This document shows, piece after piece, positions 10,388 to 23,579 of a stretch of DNA of 64,000 nt. The stretch lies in assembly GCF_963921235.1 (NCBI RefSeq), contig NC_086099.1, forward strand, positions 126,294,001 to 126,358,000. Direction: 5' to 3'. Numbering within the stretch: the stretch's first letter is position 1; each line of letters starts with the position of its first letter. The position numbers and the translations under genes are program-made. The notes beneath the pieces are model-generated. The model was not told the origin of the DNA. It saw only the letters and a program-made list of their open reading frames with translations, and ran no database searches. The DNA is from Mobula hypostoma. Its lineage: Eukaryota.

Positions 10388-12899
10388 TATAATGGGGGAC
10401 CCTAGTGCAAGAGTTGGGAGCGAAAACAGCAATCGCGAAAGTACTATTGGAAGGCATGGTGTTGGAGTCATGAATGACAATGGTGAAAGACTTCGTCACT
10501 TTTGTGAAATGACCGTCTTACAGTAGGAGGCACCATTTTCCAGCATAGAGATATCCATAAACTTATGTGGAAATCCTCAGATGGGAAAACTGAAAGTCAG
10601 ATTGACCATATCATTATCAACAACAAATGGAGGAGATCTCTCAACGATGTTCGGGTAAAAAGGCTAGTGAATGTTGGTAGCCATCACCATCTCCTTGTAG
10701 CAAAAGTGAAACTAAAATTGGGGAAAGTGAGAATGGGCTTAGGCAGAGGCCGACACTTCGATTCCAGCAAACTTCAAAACTTCGAGATACACGGAAAACT
10801 TACACTCAAACTTACAAACAGATTTAGCATACTTGGCAAAGATACTGACCATGACAATCCACGACTTTAATAATGTGATGAAGGAGACTAGTAAAGAGAT
10901 CCTGGGATACCAAAAGAAATGAAAAGAAGAATGGATTAGTGAGACAACCTGGATGAAAATAACGAAAAGGAAAGAAACTAAGAAAAGAATGCTGAGTACA
11001 ACTTCCCGTCGCCTGAAGGAGAGACTTGCTGCTGAATATGCCGAGAATGAGAAAGATGTTAAACGAAGCTGCAGAAAGGACAAGCGACAGTATTTTGAGA
11101 CGCTTGCCTCAAAAGCTGAAGAAGCTGCAAAAAATATGGATATGAGAACATTCTACAAAATAACCTAGTGCATGAAGGGGAACTATGGAAATAAACATGA
11201 TATCGCTATAAAAGCAAAGGATGGCAATATTATCAAAAATGAGAAAGTAATAACCACCGGATGGAAAGAACATTTTGAAGCAATTTTGAATAGACCAACA
11301 CCTTGAGAAACCCCTGAGACTTGTGAGAGTAATGAAGACCTTGATATCTCCATGGAACCACCTACAGTTGAAGAAGTCCAGCAAGCCATCAAGAAAATGA
11401 AATCAGGAAAGGCACCTGGAGAAGATGAGATAAATGCAGAAATGCTTAAGGGAGGTGGCAGAGAAATGTGCCGTGTGCTGTGTCAAATCTTTAACACCAT
11501 CTGAAAAAGTGAAGAAATGCCCGAGGAGTGGAAACCTGGACTTGTTGTAAAACTGCCAAAGAAAGGAGATTTAAGTATATGCAACAACTGGAGAGCTGTT
11601 ACACTCCTCTCAATTACAAGCAAAGTTTTCAGTCGCATCTTGTTAAATCGGCTCTCAGAGGCTGTGAAAGATATCATCCGTAAAGAACAAGCTGGCTTTA
11701 GAAGAGGTCGATCTTGCATAGACCATATATTCGTACTGAGACAAATTCTCGAACAACCTGCAGAGTGGAACAGCAATCTTTATGTACTATTTGTGGACTT
11801 CGAGAAAGCATTTGACAGTATCCACCGAGAAACACTCTGGCAAATTTTAAGAAGGTACGGATTTCCCCAAAAAATTGTAAACATCATCCAAATGATGTAC
11901 AGTGACTTTCAGTGCAAGGTGATATGTGGAAAACAACTGATAGGAAGCTTCAGGCTATGCACAGGAGTTAAACAGGGATGTATACTATCACCTTTTCTCT
12001 TCATTTTAGCAATGGATTGGCTTATGAGGGAAACAATCACAGAAAAGAAACGGAGTATTCAATGGACACTTACCTCAACACTTGAAGACCTAGTTTTTGC
12101 TGACGATATCAGTCTGCTAGCGAGTCATCATTGTGACATTCAGGAGAAATCAGACAGACTTACATCATTTGCATCGCAACTTGGGATGAACATTTAAGTG
12201 AGAAAAACAAAGATCATGAAGATGAACGCTTCCAACCTCCAACCAGTAATCATCAATAATCAGCAAGTGGAAGAGGTAGAAGAGGTAGATGAGTTCACCT
12301 ACCTTGGGAGTAAAGTCAGCACTGATGGAGATAATGGTAAGTTCGTATTAGCAAGACTATCTAAAGCAAATCAAGCTTTTGGCAGCCTCAATGCAGTTTG
12401 GAAATTCACACAACTCAAACTTAACACCAAAAACAGAATTTTTGAAAGCAATGTCCTAAGTGTGCTACTTTATGGAAGTGAATGCTGGAAGATGACGAAA
12501 AACATCTGCAAGAAACTTGACACGTTCCAGACAAAATGTCTACGACGTATCAAGAAGATCTTCTGGCCTCAGAAAATCAGAAATCAAGACTTACTTACAT
12601 CTTGCAATATGGAATCAATCTCAGTTTGTGTGAAAAGAAGACAATGGAGATGGCTGGGCCATGTGATGAGAATGCCAAATGATCAACTAGCAAGAGTAGC
12701 ACTAAGGTGGACCCCACAGGGAAAGTGAAGTAGGGGCAGGCCCAAGATGCCATGGCGAAGATCTGTGGAAGCAGAACTGAAAGAAGTAGGCGTGAACTGG
12801 GTAATGGCAGCAGCAGGATGAAAAACCGGCAGAAATGGAAGACCCTTGTGGAGGCCCCATGTGCCACCTAGGCACTAAGGGTTCAGACGACGACAACGA
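10388..12899 (+). mobile_element. RTE-clade LINE, 5'-truncated, APE endonuclease plus RT, disrupted by stops and frameshifts
   Basis: MGDP.ARVG, SQIDHIIIN (APE); EQAGFRRGRSCIDHIF, FVDFEKAFDS, GVKQGCILSPFLF, EDLVFADD (RT); WRWLGHVMRM; (GAC)n tail. Confidence 0.92.
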
Positions 12900-13830
12900 A
12901 TACAAAATAACCATAGTAGTAGGTTTTATCTCTGAAGTTGTTCCACTCCACACATGAAATATCATCGACAGTGATCTTCAACGAATATCCTTTCAACACA
13001 AGTGGTACCACACCCGAATTCAGCTACAGGACATCACAAAGTGGTGGCCACAGGATACTCCAACAGAATCCACATATGGATTATCACCATCAGTAGCTTA
13101 CCACAAAGGGGACCCTCTTCAAGTGAACCACCACCCAGGCAAGGGTCGACACACTGGTAGATTCCACAAGGTTACCCCAAACACACAACGTGATAGCCAC
13201 TTATCCAGTTCCACGATATACGAAATAACTGCAACAGTGATTTGCCACTGGGGTGCCTTTCTTCAGTGATCTACCACACCCAGACAAAGGGGAAATACAC
13301 ATGTGGTATTCACAAAGGCTTTCTCCTCACCAGAGAACCCACTCCTGTGGACTAACTAAGTGACAATCACACTTTTGTAGTCGAATGGTAACAAACTCAC
13401 CCTCACGGGCTACTTAGAGAGAGAGTCCAAACAGTGATCTCTTTGTCACTAGGTTTCTTTTGTTTCAAACCTACCTCTCCTCTTTTCTCTTCCTGCAAAC
13501 TTGTTCTAGTTGCAGAAAACTTGTGAGAATCATTTATCAGTACTCAGGATCGATCTCAACTTACTCCTTTTGGGCTACTGAAAGTTTAAACCAGCGACCG
13601 ACTCACTAGTGTCTTCCATTGACCGAATCCATCTTGACTCTAACTGTGTGTGTCTGTGTGTCCTTGTATATTCAAAACAAGCTGCAGAGAAACCATAACA
13701 TCAATTGTCCATCAAATAACTCCACCTCTCTCTGTGGAGCAGCTCAAACAGTATCCAAATGTCAGTCTCATTCTCCCGACGTTTTAAAGTGACAGTCCGC
13801 AGAAAACATGAACCCTAGGGGTACATAACA
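12900..13830 (-). mobile_element. Partial LTR (Gypsy-like)
   Basis: Minus strand begins TGTTATGTACCCC at a sharp boundary with TA-rich DNA; internal degenerate repeats; other end is lost at the RTE junction. Confidence 0.5.
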
Positions 13831-13894
13831 ATATATATTAGAATCATATATAATTTATTTACTATATATATAGAGTAAATAATTAAGTTAAAAT

Positions 13895-14700
13895 AAACAT
13901 AGAACATAGAACACAGAATAATACAGCACATTACAGGCCCTTCGGCCCACAATGTTGTGCCAACCCTCAAACCCTGCCTCCCATATAACCCCCGACCTTA
14001 AATTCCTCCATATACCTGTCTAGTAGTCTCTTAACCTTCACTAGTGTATCTGCCTCTACCACTGACTCAGGCAGTGCATTCCACGCACCAACCACTCTCT
14101 GAGTAAAAAACCTTCCCCTAATATCCCCCTTGAACCTCCCACCCCTTATCTTATGTCCTCTTGTATTGAGCAGTGGTGCCCTGGGGAAGAGGCGCTGGCT
14201 ATCCACTCTATCTATTCCTCTTAATATCTTGTACACCTCTATCATGTCTCCTCTCTTCCTCCTTCTCTCCAAAGAGTAAAGCCCTAGCTCCCTTAATCTC
14301 TGATCATAATGCATACTCTCTAAACCAGGCAGCATCCTGGTAAATCTCCTCTGTACCCTTTCCAGTGCTTCCACATCCTTCCTATAGTGAGGCGACCAGA
14401 ACTGGACACAGTACTCCAAGTGTGGCCTAACCAGAGTTTTATAGAGCTGCATCATTACATCGCGACTCTTAAACTCTATCCCTCGACTTATGAAAGCTAA
14501 CACCCCATAAGCTTTCTTAACTACCCTACCTACCTGTGAGGCAACTTTCAGGGATCTGTGGACATGTATCCCCAGATTCCTCTGCTCCTTCACACTACCA
14601 AGTATCCTGCCATTTACTTTGTACTCTGCCTTGAGTTTGTCCTTCCAAAGTGTACCACCTCACATTTCTCCGGGTTGAACTCCATCTGCCACTTCTCAGC
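13895..14700 (-). mobile_element. CR1 3' fragment with open RT C-terminal ORF (13967-14593)
   Basis: LYKTLVRPHLEYCVQFWSP..LERVQRRFTRMLPG..FFTQRVVGAWNALP. Confidence 0.93.
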
Positions 14701-14701
14701 A

Positions 14702-15457
14702 AATAAATGAAAAATGTAGTGAGGGAGTGTTTATGGGTTCAATGTCCATTTAGAACTCGGACGGCAGAGGGGAAAGTGCCTCGAATACTGCGGAGTCTAG
14801 TACCCATGATAGAGCTGACTACTTTTGCAAATTTCTGCAACTTACTTCAATCTTGTGCTGTAACCCCTTCAAACCAGATGGCGATGCAGCCAGTCAGAAT
14901 GCTTTCCAGAGTACATCTGCAGAAGTTTTCCAGTGTTTTAGGTGACAAAACAAATCTCCTCAAGCTCCTAATATAGTTACTGTCTTGCCTTCTTTATAGC
15001 TGCATTATTATGTTCGGATCAGGTTAGGTTCTCAGAAATACTGACACTCAGGAATTTGAAATTGCTCGCTCTCTACCTCCGAACACTCTATGAGGATTGG
15101 TCTGTATTCTCTCATTCTACTCATTCAGAAGTTCACAATCAGCTCTTTGGTCTTACTAACATTGACTGCAAGGTGGTTGCGATGACACCACTCAAATAGC
15201 TGGTATATCTCACTCCTCTGTGCCCTCTCATCACCATCTGAGTTTCTGCCAACAACGCTTGTATCAGCAAATTTATAGATGGCATTTGAGCTGTGCCTAG
15301 CCACACTGTCATGGGTATAGAGAGAGTAGAGCAGTCGGCTAAGCACACATCCCTGTTGTTTGCCTGTGTTGATTGTCAGCAAGATGGACATGATATTTCC
15401 AATGCGCACAGATTGTGGTCTTCTGGTTAGGAAGTTGATGATCCAGTTGCAGAGGGT
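14702..15457 (-). mobile_element. Rex1/Babar RT fragment
   Basis: [40 protein letters not shown]. Confidence 0.8.
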
Positions 15458-15688
15458 TTATCAATAGTCTTTAGAGATTGTCTGCCTGGTGTCAGTAGTA
15501 GCTTAACCAAGACTTGTGATATGCACCAGCTGTTCATACAACCATCTACCACCTACTCCCATGGGTTCACATGACCTTGATCGAGGGGTTAATCAGGTGC
15601 TACATCTTGCCCAAAGGTGACCTCCAGGCTAGCGGAGGGAAGGAGCTCCTTACATCCCTTTAAGTAGAGACGTATCTCCACCCCGTCA
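15458..15688 (-). mobile_element. RTE-related (Bov-A-like) SINE, 5' part
   Basis: Homologous to the 5' half of 30473-30852. Confidence 0.7.
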
Positions 15689-16087
15689 TGGACTCATGGT
15701 AGTAAATGGTGACATATACATACTTGATAATACATTTACTTTGACTATGACATTGAAGTTGACATAGTTGAGAACTTCATGTTTCTCAGAGTGAAGTAAG
15801 CAGTACTAATAATCTATCCTATTCCAACCATAGCAATACCAGGGCCAAGAAACCACAAAGTGCTTCTACTTCCTTAGTAAACATCATTAATAATCTATCC
15901 TGTTTGCAACCACATAGACATCAGGGCCAAGAAGCCACACAGCGTTTCTACTTCCTTAGGCAGATAAAGAAGCTATTCATCTCCCTATTGATCCTCGCCG
16001 ATTTTAACTGAGGCACCATAGAACTTATCTTATGTGGATTCAGCACAGATTGGTATGGTAACTGTTCTGTCTGAGGTTGCAAGAAGC

Positions 16088-16748
16088 AGAATCAGAATCC
16101 AGTGTAATATCACCGAAATTTGTTAACTTATGGCAGCTGTACAATGCCACACATGATAAATAAATACAGAGGAAAAAAACTGAATTACATTAAGTATACA
16201 AATGCCTATTAAATAGTGAAGTTAAAATAAGTAGTACAAAATAACAGAAATAAAAAGTAACAAGGTAGTGTCTGTGGGTTCAATGTCCATTTAGGAATTT
16301 GGATGGCACAGGGGAAGAAGCTGTTCCTGAATAGCTGAGCATGTACCTTCAGGCTCCTGTACCTCCTTCCCGATGATAATCATGTGAAGAGGGCATGCCC
16401 TGGGTGGTGGGGACCCTTAATGATGGACACCTCCTTCCTAAGGCTGCACTCCTTGAACATGTCTTGGATACTATGAAAGCTGGTACCATGACAGAGCTGG
16501 ACTAATTTTACAAGTTTCTTTAACTTATTTTGATCTTGTGCAGTAGTCACTCCCCCACCAGCCGTACCAGACAGTGATACAACCTGTCAGAATGCTCTCC
16601 ACAGTACAATTGCAGAAGTATTCAAGTGTTTTATGTGACAAACCAAATCTCCACAAACTCTGAATAAAATTCAGCTGCTACCTTGCCTTCTTTAAAGCTG
16701 CAATGATATGTAGCATCCAGGTTAGGTCCTCAAAGAAATTGTCACCCA
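16088..16748 (-). mobile_element. Rex1/Babar 3' fragment
   Basis: (AGAATC)n tail on +; similar to 14702-15100. Confidence 0.7.
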
Positions 16749-16888
16749 ATATGGTTTAATTGTACAAAGGGAGGGGCAAATTTCATGAGGTTAGAGCCAG
16801 AATGGCACGTCAGAGTATGTCAGTAAGTTAGCTTCTGAGTGTAAAGTGATGCAATCACCAGAAGCCACAGAGTAACTTGTCTAACAGT

Positions 16889-17760
16889 TCAAAGTTCCAA
16901 ATAAATTTATTATCAAAGTACATATATGTCACCATATACAACCCTGAGATTCATATTCTCGTGGGCATACTCAGTTAAATCCTTAATAGAATAATAACCA
17001 TTATAGAATCAATGAAAGACCACACCAACTTGGGCCTTCAACCAGAGTGCAAAAGACAACAAACTGTGCAAATACAAAAAGAAAGAAATAATTATGATAA
17101 ATAAATAAGCAATAAATATCGAGAACATGAGATGAAGAGACCTTGAAAATGAACCCATAGGTTGTGGGAACATTTCACTGATGGGGCAAGTGAAGTTGAG
17201 TGAAGTTATCCCCTCTGGTTCAGGAGCCTGATGGTTGAGAGGTAGTAACTGTCCCTGAACCTGGTGGTGTGAGTCCTGAGGCTCCTGTATCTTCTTCCTG
17301 ATGGCAGCAGTGAGAAGAGAGCTGGCCTGGGTGGTGGGAGTCCCTGATGATGGATGCTGCTTTCCTGTAGATGTGCTCAATAGTGGGGAGGGGTTTACCC
17401 CATGGTGTACTGGGCCGTATCCACTACTTTTTGTAGGATTTTCCATTCAAGGCATTGGTGTTTCCATACTAGGCTGTGATGCAGCCAGTCAATATACTCT
17501 CAGCTACACATCTAAAGAAGTTTGTCAAAGTTTTAGATGTCGTGTTGAATCTTCACAAACTCCTAAGGTAGAGGTGCTACTGTGCTTCCTTTGTAATTGC
17601 ACTTGCATTCTGGGCTCAGGAGAGATCTCTGAAATATTAACACCAAAGATTTTAAAGTTGCTAACTCTCTCCACCTCTCATCCTCCAATGAGGACTGGCT
17701 CATGGTCCTCTGGTTTCCTCATCTGTAAGTCAATAATCGTCTCCTTGGTCTTGAGTGAGA
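16889..17760 (-). mobile_element. Rex1/Babar 3' fragment
   Basis: Tail ttcaaagttc..tttatt on +; same family architecture as other Rex1 copies. Confidence 0.7.
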
Positions 17761-17934
17761 AATTGAAAACTCAAGGCCAGTTGCAACGTGTTGTTTCTCA
17801 TAAAGGTACAAAATGATGCAACTGATCATAGCAGTAAACACACAAAGAGACCAACTCTATTTGAGAAAGACTGGATTAAAGAACTGAAGATGTATTTGGT
17901 GAAGATATTTCACAACAATATTTAAATAATACTG

Positions 17935-18127
17935 GCGTGGCATGTGCGGGTTTCCTCGAGGTGCTCCAGTTTCCTCCCACAGTCCAAAGACATACTGGTT
18001 GGTAGGTTAATTGGTCATTGTAAATTGTCCCATGATTAGACTAGGGTCAAATCGGGGGATTGCTGGGTGGTGTGGCTTGAAGGGCCAGAAAGGCCTTTTG
18101 TGTGCTGTATCTCAATAAATAAATAAA
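17935..18127 (+). mobile_element. V-SINE, 3' part
   Basis: GGGTTTCCTCGAGGTGCTCCAGTTTCCTCCCACAGTCCAAAGAC V-domain; (AATA)n tail. Confidence 0.8.
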
Positions 18128-18480
18128 ATTTTTAAAAAACGCTATAGAACGGTTGATGGAACTTTTTGAATGTGTGTAAGGCTATTCTGCTTTCTGTTGT
18201 TATCAATTCCTCTGATCTTCTGTTTTATAGATCTGTGAAATCTGTAAAATCTAACATGGTCTTAACAAACTAAACTTCTCCACTGTTCCAGACGAAACAA
18301 AATCTAAAATCTCTCAAGAGATAAGCAATACTTAATCATATAATCGTCCTGATAAATGAACTTACTTTATCATCTGTTGCCAATGTCGTTGAAGTGCTAC
18401 TCTGTCTGTGCAACCATGAGGAAGTCGTTCAGTTATGCACCATTTGCTTCTATTGCTGGTCGGAGTGACAATAGAAAATC

Positions 18481-18500
18481 TGACCAGCAGAGGGCGCTGG
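18481..18500 (+). promoter_or_regulatory. CTCF binding motif
   Basis: TGACCAGCAGAGGGCGCTGG closely matches the CTCF core CCASYAGRKGGCRS, in unique DNA. Confidence 0.6.
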
Positions 18501-19649
18501 TGACCCTACAACCTTAATGTTCCCTACTTCAGCTCCAAAGAATTGCAACCTTTGTCTGCCCAGGCATTGGGTAAGACTTTTGTTTAATATTTGAGCTGGA
18601 AAAGGTCCTTAAATTATGTGGGAAAAAAATCCGCAAACACTTTCTGTGAGATTGAAAAAAAATAGCTGGCAGCAACTTCGAGTTAAAACTTTGGAATACA
18701 GGATAACAACTACAGTGTTTTAAATTCTGGAAAAATAAAGCATGGTTTCAGATCGACCAGCTCCGATGGTCAATCGTCTTCTACTGAGGACACAAGGGTA
18801 GGGAGGAAAGTATGTTGTGGCATGGGGATGCAGAGGTTACAAAGAGATGGAGCAGGTTAAGTAAGTGGGCAAAGATCTGGAAAATGGAGTTAAAGGAAAA
18901 TATGATGTCCAGTTTGCCGTGAGCAATAAGAAAACATATAATGTAAATACTGAGATGGCAGAGTTTTAATATTAGAGACATGTTGGATGACTTGCAAAAG
19001 GTTAACATGCAGGTATAGTGAGCTAACACAGTATTTCCCTTCACTGTTATGAGAACAAACTAACACAAGAACAAAGAGGTTATGTTTTAGTCATACTGGG
19101 CACCTCTGGGATTACATTAGGAGTACTGTGCACAGTATTGGCCTTGTGATATAATTGAGGTCGTTGTGCACTGGAAGCAGAGAAGAGAAAGATTACTCTC
19201 CAACTATCAGGCTCCTGAACCAGCGAGGAGAACTTCACACACATCAACTCTGAACTGATTCCATGACTGACAGACTCACTGTCAAAGACTCTGCAACTCA
19301 TGTTCTCAGTATTATTTCTCTGTTTACTTATTTATTTTTTATTTGAACAGTTTATCATCTTTTTGTACATTGGTCATTTATCAGCTTTTGTGCATAGTTC
19401 TTCATTGATTCTACTGTGAATGCCTGTAAGAAAATGAATCTCAAGTCTCAAGACAGTACATGATGACATATACATACTTTAACAATAAATTTATTTTGAA
19501 CCTTCAATGAACGGCTTCAATTATTTATCTGACACCATTGGGCTCAGACCCAGGAGCACCCCATCTCATTAATGCCCGGGCCAAATTGTGATTTGAATCA
19601 GTAGGCTATTTGAGCCAGTATCATGCTGACTCAGTAGTTCTTTTACCCA

Positions 19650-20531
19650 GTAACACCTCGACCCTGTAGTGCCCTGACCCAGTAGTGCCCTCACCCTGTA
19701 GTGTTCTCACCTTGTAGTGTCCTCACCCTGTACTGCTCTGACCCTGTAGTGCCCTCACCCTGTAGTCCCCTCACCCTATAGTGTTCTGACCCTGTAGTGC
19801 CCTCACTCTGTAGTGTTCTGAACCTGTAGTGCCCTGCCCCAGTCGTGCCCTCACCCTGTAGTGCCCTAACCCTGTAGTGCTCTGACCCTGTAGTCCCCTC
19901 ACCCTGTAGTGCCCTCACCCTGTAGTCCCTTTACCCTGTAGTACCCTCACCCTGTAGCACCCTCACCCTGCAGTGCTCTGACTCTGTAGTGCCCTGACCC
20001 TGTTATGCCCTCACCCTGTAGTGCCCAACCCTGTTGTGCCCTCACCCTGTAGTGCTCTGACCCTGTATTGCCCTCACCCTGCAGTTTTCTGACCCTGTAG
20101 TCCTCTGACTCTGTAGTGCCTTCACCCTGTAGTGCCCTCATCCCGTAGTGCTCTGACCCTGTAATGCCCTCACCCTGTAGTGCTCTGACCCTGTATTGCC
20201 CTCACCCTGTAGTTTTCTGACCCTGTAGTCCTCTGACTCTGTAGTGCCCTCACCCTGTAGTGCCCTCATCCCGTAGTGCTCTGACCCTGTAATGCCCTCA
20301 CCCTGTAGTGCTCTGACCCTGTATTGCCCTCACCCTGTAGTTTTCTGACCCTGTAGTCCTCTGACTCTGTAGTGCCCTCACCCTGTAGTGCCCTCATCCT
20401 GTAGTGCTCTGACCCTGTAATGCCCTCATCCTGTAGTCCTCTGACCTTGTAGCGCCCTCACCCTGTAATGCCCTCACCCTGTAGTCCCCTCACCCTGTAG
20501 TGCCCTCACCCTGTAGTGCTCTGACCCTGTA
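19650..20531. repeat. 16-bp minisatellite (ACCCTGTAGTGCCCTC), ~55 copies, with 128-bp higher-order repeat
   Basis: Unit directly visible; variant AGTTTTCTGA recurs at 20083, 20211 and 20339. Confidence 0.97.
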
Positions 20532-21044
20532 CCACTTTGATCCAGTAGTTCAATAGTTGACCATTCCTGTGCCCCCAGACCAAGCAGTGATATGACTCAG
20601 GATTGTTGGCTTGTATCTGCTGGTGTAAAGAATAGGCAGACAGGACTTGATTGGTCCATATAAGATCCTGAGGGGTCTTTGTGTACATTCAATTAAGATA
20701 TAGATGAGGCAAAATATTTTCTCTTAAAGGGCCTGGAACTTCTCGAAATATTTTCCTCAATGTGTGCGGAAACAGCGTCTTTGAATATTTTTAAGGCAGA
20801 GTCAGATAAACAAGTGGTGAAAGAATACCGGCAAATGGGACTGTGTGGCCTTTTGCTACTCTCAGCGCATTCGATCATATGCTTGTTTAACAGGAAAAGA
20901 GCTGAGCTTTGCAAATGTAGATTGGAGAGGAAGAAAAGTTCAGAAACAACAAAAACATTTTCATTGGCACTTGAAAAGTTTGGGTTTATAAATAGACAGA
21001 GTAAATACAAGACAGAAACAGGCCCTTCAGCTCAGCTGGTCCTT

Positions 21045-23240
21045 AGTGATCATAACCTGCAGTTTTAGAGGGAGAAGCTAAATTCAAATGTATCAGTATT
21101 ACAGTGGAGTAAAGGGAATTACAGAAGCTTGAGAGAGGAGCTGCCCAAAGTCGATTAGACGGGAACACTAGTAGGGTTGACAACAGAACAGCAATGGCTG
21201 GAGTTTCTGGGAGCAATTTGGAAGGCTCAGGATTGATACATCTCAAAAAGGAGGAAGTATTCTGAAGGCAGAATGATACAACCGTGGCTGATAAGGGAAG
21301 CCAAAGCCAATATAAAAGAAAAAGAGAGAGTATATAATACAGCAAATATTAGTGGGAAGTTAGAGGCTTGAGAATTTTTTAAAAAATCAACAGAAGGCAA
21401 TCAAAAAAAACAGAAAGGGGGAAAAAGATAAAAGATGAAATATGATGGTAAGGTAGCCAATGATATCAAAAATAATACGAAAAGTTTACTTATCAGATAT
21501 ATAAAGAGTAAAAGAGAGGTGAGAGTAGATACTGGACCACTGGAAACTGATGCTGGAGAGATAGTAATGGGGAACAAGGAAATGGAGTACAAATTGAATA
21601 AGTATCTTGCATCCATCTTCAATAGAGAAGTCACTAGTGACATGCGAGATGTTTGGGAGTGTCAAGGGGCAGAAGTGAGTGTGGTTGCTATGACCAGGGA
21701 GATGGCGCTTGCGAAACAGGAAGGTCTGAATGTCTCCTGGATCTGTTGGGCTACACCCCCGGGGTTCTGAAAGAGGTAGCTGAAGAGATTAGTAACGATC
21801 TTTCAATAATCAGTAGATTCTGGCATAGTTCCGCAGGACTGGAAAATTGCAAATATCACTCCATTCGCCAAGAAGGGAGGGAGGCAGAAGAAATTATAGT
21901 CCAGTTAGCTTGATTTCGGTGGTTGAGAAGTTGGTGTCGATTGTTAAGGATGTGGTTTTGGGATACTTGGAGGCACATGGCAAAATAACCCAAAGTCAGC
22001 ATGGTTTCCTTAAAGGAAAATCTTGCCAAACCAATCTGTTGAAATTCTTTGAAGAAATGGCAAGTTGGATAGACTAATGAGAATCAGTGGATGATGTGTA
22101 CTTGGATTTTCAGAAAGTGCTTGGAAAGATGCTGCACATGAGGCTGCCAAATAAGATAAGAGCCTGGTGTATTACAGGGAAGATACTAAAATGGATAGAG
22201 CATTGGCAGACTGGCAGAAGGCAAAAAGTGGGTTTCTGATTGGCTGTCAGTGACCAGTGGTGTTCTTCAGGGGTCGGTGTTGGGACTGCTTTGTTTATGT
22301 TACATGTCAATGATTCGGATAAAGAAATTGATGGCTTTTTGGCTAAGTTTGTGGACAATATGAAGATAGGTGGAGGGGCAGGTAGTGTTGAGGAAGCAGG
22401 GAGTCTGCAGAAGAACTTCGACAGATTAGGAAAATGGGCAAAGAGGTGTCGGGAAGTGTCTGGTCATGTACTTTGGTTGAAGGAATAAAAGGGTGGACTA
22501 TTTTCTAAATGGGGAGAGAATTCAAAAATCTAAGGTGCAAAGGGATTTGGGAGTCCTTGTGCAGGACTCTCTAAATTAATTTGCAGATTGAATCAGTGGT
22601 GAGGAAGGTGAATGCAATGTTAGCGTTCATTTTGAGAGGACTAGAATACAAAAGCAAGGATGAAATATCAAGTCTGTATAAGGCACTGGTGAGGCCTCAC
22701 TTTGAATATTGTGAGCAGTTTTGGGTCCCTTATTTAAGAAAGGATGTGCTGACATTGGAGAGGGTTCAGAGGAGGTTCACAAGAATGATTCTGGAAATGA
22801 AATGATTATCTTATCAGCAGCGAGTAAAGGTTCTGGGCCTGTACTCACTGGAATTTAGAAGAATGAGGGGGGATCTCATTGAAACCTATCAAATGTTGAA
22901 AGGCCTAGATAGTGTGGATGTGAAGAGGATGTTTCCTTTGGTGGGCGAGTCTAGGACCAGAGGACACAGCCCTTAAAATAGTGGGATGTCCATTTAGAAC
23001 AGAGATAAGGAGGAATTTCTTTAGCCAGAGGATAGTGAATCTGTGAAATTCATTCCCACAGGTGGCTGTGGGGACCAGGTTACTGGGTGCAGTTAAGGCA
23101 AAGGCTGATAGGCTCTTGGTTTGCTAGGGCTTCAAAGGTTACAAGAAGAAGACAGGAGAATGCGGTTGAGAGGTATTGATGAAATGGCAGAACAGACTCG
23201 ATGGGCCAAATGGCCAAATTCTGCTACTATGTCTTATGAG
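21045..23240 (+). mobile_element. CR1 LINE, 5'-truncated ORF2, decayed
   Basis: SQHGFLKGKSCQTNLLKFFEE, KFVDNMKIGG, YKALVRPHFEYCEQFW; CTTATG tail. Confidence 0.92.
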
Positions 23241-23579
23241 CTTGTGCTAACCATAGCACCCTCCTTGCTCATCCCAGTTGCCTGCATTTGCCCATAACCC
23301 TTCAATCTCTGCCCTCCATATACCTATCCAAAATCCCTCATAATTGTTGCAATTGCACCTGCCTTGATCACAGATATATGGGTTTATTTTGATCCTTGCT
23401 CCAATCTACCAGATTGGATCTGGCAGGATGTCTAAGAGAACATTGTATCTCCTATGTCCAGATCAGATTGGGTTGGGCTGGCTCCAGAGACATAGATACA
23501 TCGAGATTCAGTACTATGGAGCCTGTTCAGGTAAGTCTGCAGAGAGCACAGGGACCAGATCCCAACCTGATCCAATCTG

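Noticed and set aside
18533-18576. Micro-exon candidate (ttcag|...|gtaaga); similar candidate at ~51211-51265
   Set aside because: Splice-like motifs occur frequently by chance and there is no supporting ORF or transcript evidence
19691-20141. Repetitive ORFs (RALQGEGTTGSEHY..)
   Set aside because: They are translations of the 16-bp minisatellite; the unit length is not a multiple of 3 and there is no sign of coding constraint
19650-20531. CRISPR-like array
   Set aside because: No unique spacers; it is a head-to-tail tandem repeat in vertebrate-type DNA
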